From the human T2T-CHM13v2.0 reference genome, Homo sapiens: 64,000 nt of DNA. The translations under genes and the position numbers were made by a program. The notes beneath the pieces were generated by a model, which searched no databases, was not told where the DNA came from, and saw nothing but the letters and a program-made list of their open reading frames with translations. Below are positions 50,721 to 64,000 of the stretch, piece after piece (within the stretch, counting starts at the first letter, position 1; every line of letters starts with the position of its first letter). The stretch lies in NCBI RefSeq assembly GCF_009914755.1, contig NC_060933.1; one strand, 5' to 3'.

Positions 50721-52753
50721 CGCTTTTCCCACCTTTTTACAATTGTATGTTTTGAAGGTAGTACCAGACTTCTGTTCACATATTTCCTAGAATTAAATAT
50801 AAAGGCAAGGGTAGGGGGCAAGAGAAGGCCAGTGGGAATTAGTGAGAAATCTAAATTAATTGACTAATTAATTAATTTACTAACTGTAACACCAACGTAA
50901 GCTTGCCTAAAAGAAGTCATTAGTGATATAACTTAATGAGTAAAAATAAAAATTATAGATAATTATATATGATGTATAATTGTATAAAATTAGCAAAATA
51001 ATTGTTTTTATGTAAATAGTTCTTTGTAAGGGCATCTGAAAACTGTTCAGACATTTCCTCTTACATTGTTTTAGTAATAAACTTGCATAATGAAAAAGAT
51101 AAGTATAAAATAGTTGGGAGTTGAGAAAGTTAATTGATTTTGTAGTACGTTATTAATTGTGATCATAACAAAAGTTTATTATTAAAGTTCTCCATTTCTT
51201 TAAGACCTAGATGGGCAAGATACCAAATACTTTTCTTGGAATACATCATCTTGATTGAAAACTACTAGGATATTTTTGAAAAAATAGCTCATTAGCTGGC
51301 TGGGTAAGTTTGTTTGTTTACAATGGACTTTTCAATGATGGTGGTAGGCATCCTGGAAGATAGCCACTGTACTAAGTTCATTTTTCTCTGTTCTTGGCTG
51401 CTCCTCTAACCTTGAACTTTATTTAGTCAGGGAAAATGGAAGGAATGGGAATGCTAACTAATGGAAGAAAGATATTTTCTTTGACCTTTGAAAAACAGAC
51501 TTAAGTAATTGAACCATAAATTTAGAAACCGGGCTTTTAACAAATGAAAATTTTAAGATGTATAAAAACAGCTCCCATAAGTATATGCACCAAATGTATT
51601 AACCTTGTGATATATAAGATTGCACCTAGGAAAAGTTAACACCGTTGGAGATTATTAAGACTTACCAACTCATTCAGCTTTAATAAGGAGAACTTGAGCC
51701 AAGTGCGGAACACACTTGTACCAAATTGGCAAGAATTATACACTTAAATGTAAATACATTTTTTTCTGCGAGGTAAAGCTATTAAGCCCCCCAAAACACC
51801 TTAGATATATTTTTTGAAAACTGTCCTGCAAAAATGTTTGTCCTACCAAAAGTTTCTAGCCTATTTCACAATAACCTATATGACAGTTAGTACGACTTGG
51901 AAAAGATGTTTAATATCTGAACAAGGTAATATGTTCTATTTCCTATTTTTGTTAATGGGATTGTAGATGTGATGTATTTCAGGCTCTGTGTTATCTATGG
52001 CAGGAAAAAATTGAGGGCAAAAGAGTTTCTTTGGCATACATCAAGAACTACATTGTAATCAATACAAGCAAACCAAGTCTGGAAAATATATAAGCAAGGT
52101 ATTAAATAAGTAATTCACTGTCTATAAATCTCCTACCAGTGGGTGAATGTTGAGAGTCATATAAGGGCTTCAGTGACTAATGGAATACAGTTGCTCATCC
52201 CAGGCAACCTTGGCTATCCTTTTAGAAACTTCTCAACAAGTTCTGCTGCATGTAAGAACAAGATCATGTCTAAGAATCCAGTAAGGATTTTAAAGATTGT
52301 CTTGCATGCTACCTTTGAAAAGCAAGTTCAGTACTCAGTTTTTCAGAAAGCATTTGTTTGCATGCTGTTAAGATTTCTTTACCCAAGTTAGACAGTGGAG
52401 TTTCTAAAGTCATATAGAAATTGGTTCCGATGCTTATAAACTGGGTGACTTGTACAATTCTCTTAATTACTCTGGATCATACTTCCTTCTTTAGTAAAAT
52501 TAAAAGAACAAGGACCAACTCCTACAGTTGTGATGATTTAATGATACAAAGTGTAAAAACATGCTGCCTAGTAAAATGTCAGTCCTATTGAAACAGACAT
52601 TGTAATTTGCCTCACTCAACATGAATTCTTAACCTCCACCCTCCTTGTCTTACTCTAACTTAGAGACTGGAAATTTCAATATTTCATTTCCCAGTTTTCT
52701 TTGCATCTAGTAGTGGCTGTTTGACATAGTTATGGCAAACTAAATGTAAATAC

Positions 52754-53050
52754 GGCTGGGCGCCGTGGCTCACGCCTGTAATCCCAGCATTTTGGGAGGC
52801 TGAGGCAAGCAGATCACCTGAGGTCGGAAGTTCAAGACCAGCCTGGCCAACATGGCAAAAACCCATCTCTACTAAAAAATACAAAAATTAACCAGGCACA
52901 GTGGCACATACCTGTAATCCCAACTACTCAGGAGTCTGAGACAGGAGAATCACCTGAACCCAGGAGGCAGAGGTTGTAGTGACCCGAGATCACGCCTCTG
53001 CACCCCAGCCTGGACGACAGCGTGAGACTCTGTCTCAAAGAGAGAAAAAA
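52754..53050 (+). mobile_element. AluS (Sx-like)
   Basis: GGCTGGGCGCCGTGGCTCACGCCTGTAATCCC...CACCTGAGGTCGGAAGTTC; full dimer. Confidence 0.92.
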
Positions 53051-53129
53051 TGTAAATACATATTGGCTGAGAAACCTTCTGAAAATGCTTTTGTTTTCCT
53101 GATGAAAGACTAATAGTGACCACTGCCAC

Positions 53130-53380
53130 AACTTTTTGCCCCATTTGTCCTACCTGCTTCTTCCTATGTGGTATATGTGATTTCTGGAGCTAGAGCAGCC
53201 ATCTTGCAGTTATGAACCACTTGAAGACCAATCTCTGAAAGATGGTGAAGGAAGATAGGAAGAACCCGGGTTTCTGATAGGAAACTTGACTTGCTCAATT
53301 AGTCCTGGACTGTTGACTTTTAGACATCTTGTTGTATATGAAAAAATAAACTGCTCTTTAGTTAAGCCATTTAGCTGAAT
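53130..53380. mobile_element. Degraded MLT1 (MaLR) LTR fragment
   Basis: GGAGCTAGAGCAGCCATCTTGC...GAAAAAATAAACTG...TAAGCCA, motifs typical of MLT1. Confidence 0.55.
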
Positions 53381-53871
53381 GTTCTGAATATTATGATACT
53401 GAAATATCTGCCACGATTGTTGTGGTTTTCTGCTTTTAAATAAAATCTGCCTTGATTATATGACTCTGAATGTCAGCCATGTTGAAGAATTTCAGGTAAA
53501 AAACTTTTCTGAGACTCCACCCATGCACCTATGACTAGGTCACCGTTTTGGGTTTGGATGATCTGCTCAAAGTATTGAACCTGGAGTGGGTTTGTAAGGA
53601 CCTTTTTTTTTTTTTAAAGTCCCACAACTGACAATTCTTTTTGAGGAAGCCCCATCATTGTACTAAAAGAGACAGAATCTAACATTTATATTGTCTAAAT
53701 ACCTTTTCTCTTTCCTTTCATAATGTATTGTTGCTTTTGTTTTCAAATAAACATACTGGGATGTGTTTATTTTTGAATATGTTTATATTGAAATATTCAG
53801 AATATTCACTTTGGAAAACGATAAATACTTATTTAATTGATGATCCTAGTTTGCTGCCATAGCTCCACACA

Positions 53872-54030
53872 TTTTTTTTTTTAATACAAGGTCTTGCTCT
53901 GTTGTTCAAACTAGAGTGCAACGGTGCGATCATAGCTCACTGTAACTCCAGACTCCCAGCCTCAATCTATCGTCTATTCTCAGCCTCCCAAACTGCTGGG
54001 ATTATAGGCATGACCCGACCCACCATGAGT
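53872..54030 (-). mobile_element. Old Alu monomer/fragment (FLAM/AluJ-like)
   Basis: T-run, GGTCTTGCTCTGTTG...ATCATAGCTCACTG...CTGCTGGGATTATAGGCATGA. Confidence 0.8.
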
Positions 54031-54589
54031 GGTTTCTACATAATTTAAAATGTCCTCTTTAGGAGTCATGTTTACAATGTGAGTCACAATTCAGGAGAAT
54101 GTCAGCAATGTGACAATAGTATGTTCTCTGAAGGTTGGATTTAATCTAGGAAAATACCTAAAATGTTGTTCAGAATCAAATCAAGTAAATTAAGTGAGGA
54201 ATCACTTAAAAACTGGATAATACAGGATTTTTCATTGCTGTTACAAAAAAACTAGGTATATACACAAAATAATAAGATCTAAAACATGTCTAAAATGTGT
54301 TATAGCAAGGAAGGCATCCTTCACATAAGCATCTATCTTCCTAAGGGACAGCTTTGGAGGCCCACACACTTGGTCACATGTGTTAGCTAAACACGTCAGT
54401 CTCATAGCTATTTTCAGTTGTAATTTCTTTGAATAAGCCAGATGTTTCCTTTTCACCTTTCCCCTTCCATTCTGTCATAAATTTCTTATTCTGAAACAGA
54501 CTCAGTGTTCAATTGATTCAAAGCTATTTTTGTAGTACCATCACTTTAGTTGATTAAAAAAAAATGTACAAGTAGCAAGACAGAACAGT

Positions 54590-54820
54590 GCCACGGATAC
54601 GATATTAAGACTTTGAATCAAACTGAATTTTATTTGAGCTCCAACCTTACTTCTTACTAGCTGTGTGATTTGAGCGGTTATTTAATCATTTCAGTCTGTT
54701 TTTTATCTGTAAAATGAAGATAAAAATAGTGTGTATCTTAGAGAGTTGTCATGAATATTAAATAGGATAATAAATATGGGGTTTGTGTATAATGCTGTGT
54801 ATGTAGTAAGTGATTAATAA
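54590..54820 (+). mobile_element. MIR SINE fragment
   Basis: CTTACTAGCTGTGTGATTTGAGC...TCTGTAAAATGAAGATAA. Confidence 0.65.
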
Positions 54821-55845
54821 GCATTACTTATGATAAAACCATGTTAGGCAAATAGCAAGGTCTTTGAAATACTTAAAATGTAAAGAATATTAGACCATTT
54901 ATAGGCGTTGCTACCAGTAACTGCAAGTCTAAAAATAATTCAGCTAATTATGAGTTAATCATGGATAGTTAACATAGGCTGATCCGGATATTTATCTATC
55001 ATTTTGTTTGATGCAGTAGAAAAAATTTGGTCCTTTAAAATAAATAGGCCTAATTCCAGTGTGTGATAATAGGTAAATCTCTGCCTATCTAAGTCTCATT
55101 TTCCACAGTATAATGTAACTAAGGACCGTTTTCCCAGGGAAATGTTCTTAAAAAATAGGTAAGAACCTGGTAATTACTTCTCTCTCTCTCTCTTGCTAGT
55201 AAAGAATAGAAACCCGGATGTATTTTCTAAGAACCAGGAAATCACAATTAACTTTGAGTTTACAAAAGATCTCCAGAGATATTTCATTACTTGGAGAACT
55301 AAGATCAGAGTAGAAGGTAGATTACTATTGATTTAGGTCATATATGTTTATGATGTATCAACCAGATGATTAAACAAAAAATTAGTATTTTGGTGCAAGT
55401 TACTCAACTCCTCTGAGCCTGTTACTTCATCTATGCAATGAGTAAGTAGACTATGAATGTAGCTTTCAGTTGTTCAATTATTTCTAGTTAATTTGTTTCT
55501 AGTTAATTTTAACAAAATATAAAAGACAATTTTCTCATTTGATTCAACAATACCTTCCCCTTACTGGCCTAATTGTATTAATCATGGAGGGGGATAGAAT
55601 GTAGGCATGGGGAGAGATGAAATAAAATCATTCAGTGGTTTCTGATTGATTAGAGTTGATTATGTGTTTAAGGTAGAATATTAAAAAGAATATTTTTTTC
55701 AGGAAAAAGGGAAAGTCAAAGTCCTCTAAAAAGTATTTAGATTTTTAAAATTTCATATTTTACTAGGAGAGAAATATATCATGAATAATATATGTTAAGC
55801 TATGCCAGAAATAAAGTTAACCTAGAAATAAAATTATGTATGTTA

Positions 55846-56093
55846 GTTTTTTTCTTTTTGTAAGAGACAGGGTCTCTGTTGCCCAGGCTGGAGTGCACTG
55901 GTGAAATCACAGCCCACTATAGCTTTGACCTCCTGGGCTCAGCTAATCCTCCCACCTCAGCCTCCCAAGTAGCATGCCACCATACCTGGATAATTGTTTT
56001 TAATTTTTTTGTAGAGAAATACAAAAGTGTTCATCCTCCTGCCTCATCCTCCCAAAGTTCTGGGATTACAGGTGTGAGCCATGGAACACAGCC
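55846..56093 (-). mobile_element. AluJ-like with internal deletions
   Basis: GAGACAGGGTCTCTGTTGCCCAGGCTGGAGTGCA...GGGATTACAGGTGTGAGCCA. Confidence 0.85.
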
Positions 56094-56151
56094 TTATATG
56101 TTAAAGTTTAATTTAATCTTTTTACATACAGTAGAAGAGTCTATTGTAGAG

Positions 56152-56338
56152 CAATGGTTCTCAAAGTGTGATCCACAGCTGGCACCATTGTCACCTGGGA
56201 AATTGTTAGAAATGCACATTACTGGGCTTCATCCAAGACTTACTGAATAAGAAACTCAGGTGGACCCATCAACCTATGTTTTATCAATAGCAAGACCTTC
56301 AGGTTATACTGATGCAAGCTAAGATTTGAAAACCACTG
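56152..56338. mobile_element. MER5A-like hAT-Charlie MITE
   Basis: TIRs CAATGGTTCTCAAA and TTTGAAAACCACTG; about 187 bp. Confidence 0.8.
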
Positions 56339-56369
56339 CTGTAGGCTTCAGCAAAGGAGTACGTCTTTT

Positions 56370-56750
56370 GTAATTGAGATTGCAGTTTCTCCCATCCAGA
56401 GAAGGAGTCTCTATCTGCATTCCTGGAATCTGGCCTCGTTTTGTAAAGTGCTTTGACCAACAGAATGTTGTAGTGGTAATGACATGCCAGTCTGGAACCT
56501 TGGCCTCAAGAGTCCTTCACTTTTCCTCTCCCTTGGTACCCTGGTACCACCATGTAAATGGTCCTAAAGTAGCCTGGTAAAACATGAGAGATCATACGGA
56601 GAAGAGTCCAGTTGTCCTAGCTGCAGCCAACCAAACCAGCCTAGAGCTAGCCAATTCCTAAACATGTGAGACAGCCCAGCCAAATCAGGAGAGCTGACCC
56701 ATAGGCCCATGAGCAATAGTAAATGTTTATTGATTTAAGCCACTGGTGCA
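56370..56750 (+). mobile_element. MLT1 (MaLR) LTR fragment
   Basis: GCTTTGACCAACAGAATG...CATGTGAGACAGCCCAGCCA...AAATGTTTATTGATTTAAGCCACT. Confidence 0.65.
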
Positions 56751-57395
56751 GTTGATATTGGAACCTATATCCTTTTGGTTCCAAAGTCCCTGTTACTACT
56801 CTCCCACACTGAGGAACTGGGAGGACTATAAATACCTTTCAATGTAAACCTCTTATTTCTCAGGTAATGAAACCAAAGAAGTGTAGTAATAACTTGTCTA
56901 AACTCATTTACAATGTGAAGTTTTCAATCTTTGTAATGCCAAATTCTCACCTCTGATTATGAAAATGGAGACCCTGAGCAACAATGTCAGAGTTGTTTTG
57001 ACCTGGGTAGATAATTTTCATTTTTAAATGAGTGTAATAGGTGATTCTGCTCCAGATGGGTCATAAATTATCCCGGAATGTCTAAGTCAAATTAGTTGTG
57101 GAGCCAGGGCTCAAAATCTGGTCTTCTGATTCCCAGTGAGGCTAGCTTTAAACTACACCAATGATTTCATCAGGGTAGGTAGATGGATTCCCTCTGGTGA
57201 TGCAGGATTGGCAGGAGGTGGCATGTAACAGAATCACCCTAAGGAGCTTTTTCAAACCACCCCTTCATTGTCCGAGAACCCCTTTCAAAGTCCCCTCAAA
57301 TGGGAACCCTTGCTATGGTAAACTACTATTACTGATGGGTTTATGTTATCTTCTCCAGCCTTCAGGTATTCAGGGGTTAAAAACAAGAGCAGTCC

Positions 57396-57723
<328 letters not shown>

Positions 57724-58801
57724 TTACTTCTGTACTGAGTGGTGCTTCCTCAATTTGTTTATCTGGATAAATTTACTCTCACCCAGTATTATCTAATAAA
57801 TAAAGGCTTCAGTGAGAATGGGACTCAGAAGTATTATGTTTTGACAACAGTAATTATATAATGACTAGCTTGGATCCTGCTCATATAGCTTTATACCATT
57901 CCCTAATGGGGCATTTAACTGCAACCCTACATTTAGATGACACCTATCTCTGGGTTATAACAATATATGAATCTTTATGTTGGAAGTTTTCAGCCTAGCA
58001 TTGACTCAGCCTAAAGGTTTTTCTGCTTTGACCATAATTTTCTGGTGTGCAGTCTCCTGCCTTTTTCTCCTTTTGGTTTGCTAATGAGTATTTGATTCGT
58101 GTACATTAACCTACTGGTATCCCCATGCACAGATATTATTCATCACCTGTCCTACAGCTCAATACTGCCTTTCAGTTTATCTGATATTAAACCACCATCT
58201 ATATGTCTGGATATCTGCTAATTTTTTGCTACAGGATTTACTTGCCAGCTGTGTTTGTATCTAGTCTGCTCCTCTTCCTTTCCCCCCGACATCCTTCCCA
58301 CTCACGAGGAAAAAAGATTGAAACCTTCCCTGGAATGTTCTATCCTTTGGATAATGAACCTCTTGCCCTCTTGCATGGTTTCTATGTTCAGACATCCTGT
58401 CTTTATTGTATACTATAGGCTGTCTCATTGTGGCTGTCACCCACACCACTGAGGCCTCAGAAATGAATGGCAACAGATGGGAAATGATGGAAACATGGCC
58501 ATGTGCATGGTCCTTGGAAGACAGGGCAATGCAGGTATCCTGAGGGCAGCGGCTTTTTCAGTTTTGGAATTCTATGGCTTTTTTTTTCTTTTTTAAAATT
58601 GCACTTTAAGTTCTGGGATACATGTGCAGAACGTACAGGTTTGTTACATAGGTATACACGTGCCATGGTGGTTTGCTGCACCCATCAACCCATCATCTGA
58701 TTTAGGTATTTCTCCTAATGCTATCCCTCCCCTGACCTCCCAACCCCTGACAGGCCCTGGTGTGTGTTGTTCCCCTCCCTGTGTCCATGTGTTCTCATTG
58801 T

Positions 58802-62623
<3,822 letters not shown>

Positions 62624-62683
62624 GATGCTTGCTGGTTACTTTGCCTGTTAGTTGATGCAGTTTTTTAATAGTGTTGATGGTCT

Positions 62684-63705
62684 TTACAATTTGTCACGTT
62701 TTTGCAGTGGCTGGAACAGGTTTTTCCTTTCCATATTTAGTGCTTCCTTCAGGAGCTCTTGTAAGGCAGGCCTGGTGGTGACAAAATCTCTCAGCATTTG
62801 CTTGTCTGTAAAGGATTTTATTTCTCCTTTGCTTATGAAGATTAGTTTGGCTGGATATGAAATTTTGGGTTGAAAATTCATTTTTTTAAGATTGTTGAAT
62901 GTTGGCCCCCACTCACTTCTGGCTTGTAGGGTTTCTGCAGAGAGATCCGCCGTTAGTCTGATGGGCTTCATTTTGTGGGTAACCAGACCTTTCTTTCTGG
63001 CTGCCCTTAACATTTTTTCCTTCATTTCAACCTTGGTGAATCTGACAATTATGTGTCTTGGGGTTGCTGTTCTCAAGGAGTATCTTTGTGGTGTTCTCTG
63101 TATTTCCTGAATTTGAATGTTGGCCTGTTTTGCTGGGTTGGGGAAATTCTCCTGGATAATATCCTGAAGAGTGTTTTCCACCTTGGTTCCATTCTCCCCA
63201 TCACTTTCAGGTACACCAATCAAACGCAGGTTTGGTCTTTTCACATAGTCCCATATTTCTTGGAGGTTTTGTTCATTGTTTTTATTCTTTTTTCTCTAAT
63301 CTTGTCTTCACGCTTTATTTCATTAACTTAATCTACAGTCTCTGATATCCTTTCTTCCACTTGATCGATTTGCCTATTGATACTTGGGTATGCTTCACGA
63401 AGTTCTCATGCTTTCTTTTTCAGCTCCATCAGGTCATTTATGTTCTTCTCTAAACTGGTTATTCTAGTTAGCAATTAGTCTAACCTTTTATCAAGGTGCT
63501 TAGCTTCCTTACATTGGGTTATAACAAGCTGCTTTAGCTCAAAGGAGTTTGTTATTACCCACCTTCTGAAGCCTATTTCTGTCAGTTCATCAAACTCATT
63601 CTCCATCCAGTTTTGTTCCCTTCCTGGCAAGAAATTGTGATCCTTTGGAGAAGAGGCAGTCTGGTTTTTGGAATTTTCAGCCTTTTTGCACTGGTTTTTC
63701 CTCAT
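62684..63705 (-). pseudogene. Disrupted L1 ORF1
   Basis: MRKNQCKKAENSKNQ start at 63705 with a premature stop. C-terminal KRPNLRLIGVPE...YPAKL...RPALQELLKEAL at 62684-63244. Confidence 0.95.
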
Positions 63706-64000
63706 CTTCGTGAATTTATCTACCTTTGGTCTTTGATGTTGGTGACCTTTGGATGGGGTTTTTGTGTGGACGTCCTTTTCGTTGATGTTGATGATATCAC
63801 TTTCTGTGGGTTTTCCTTTTAACAGTCAGGCCCCTCTGCTGTAGGTCTGCTGGAGTTTGCTGGAGGTCCACTTCAGACCCCGTTTGCCTGGGTATCACCA
63901 GTGGAGGCTGCAGAACAGCAAAGATTGCTGCCTGTTCCTTCCTCGGGAAGTTTTGTCCCAGAGGGGCACCTGCCAGATGCCAGCCAGAGTTCTCCTATAT

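Overview
Human (primate) genomic DNA, not prokaryotic: it contains Alu, MIR, L2, MLT and hAT/Tigger fossils and a near-full-length L1PA on the minus strand (58578-64000). The window covers the 5' regulatory region of a minus-strand gene that I recognise from memory as ELAVL2 (HuB/Hel-N1, 9p21). The reverse complement of 23786-24045 (CAATAGGAGGGTAGTCTCTCCG...AAGGGAGAAAG) matches the Hel-N1 5' leader as I recall it; confirm by BLAT. The first common coding exon (recalled as CAG GTA ATT GCT GCC ATG GAA ACA = QVIAA-METQ) lies left of the window, so 1-19200 is intron. Promoter-like or CpG-rich blocks occur at about 19-20, 22.5, 24.3, 29.3 and 48-49.5 kb, each ending in a minus-strand splice donor. 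The most interesting signal is a battery of alternative leader exons. Several end in phase 0 with an open frame and would give HuB different N-termini: MTKQYEVAV; a 48-aa peptide starting MALIDWLL; MAR; and two non-AUG frames ending at GC donors. Other leaders are closed by in-frame stops. This depends on the recalled phase of the out-of-window exon. A good REST/RE1 site and several RFX X-box-like sites fit a neuronal gene. Apart from decayed L1 ORF1/ORF2 pieces and the candidate leader frames above, the long ORFs in the supplied track look spurious.
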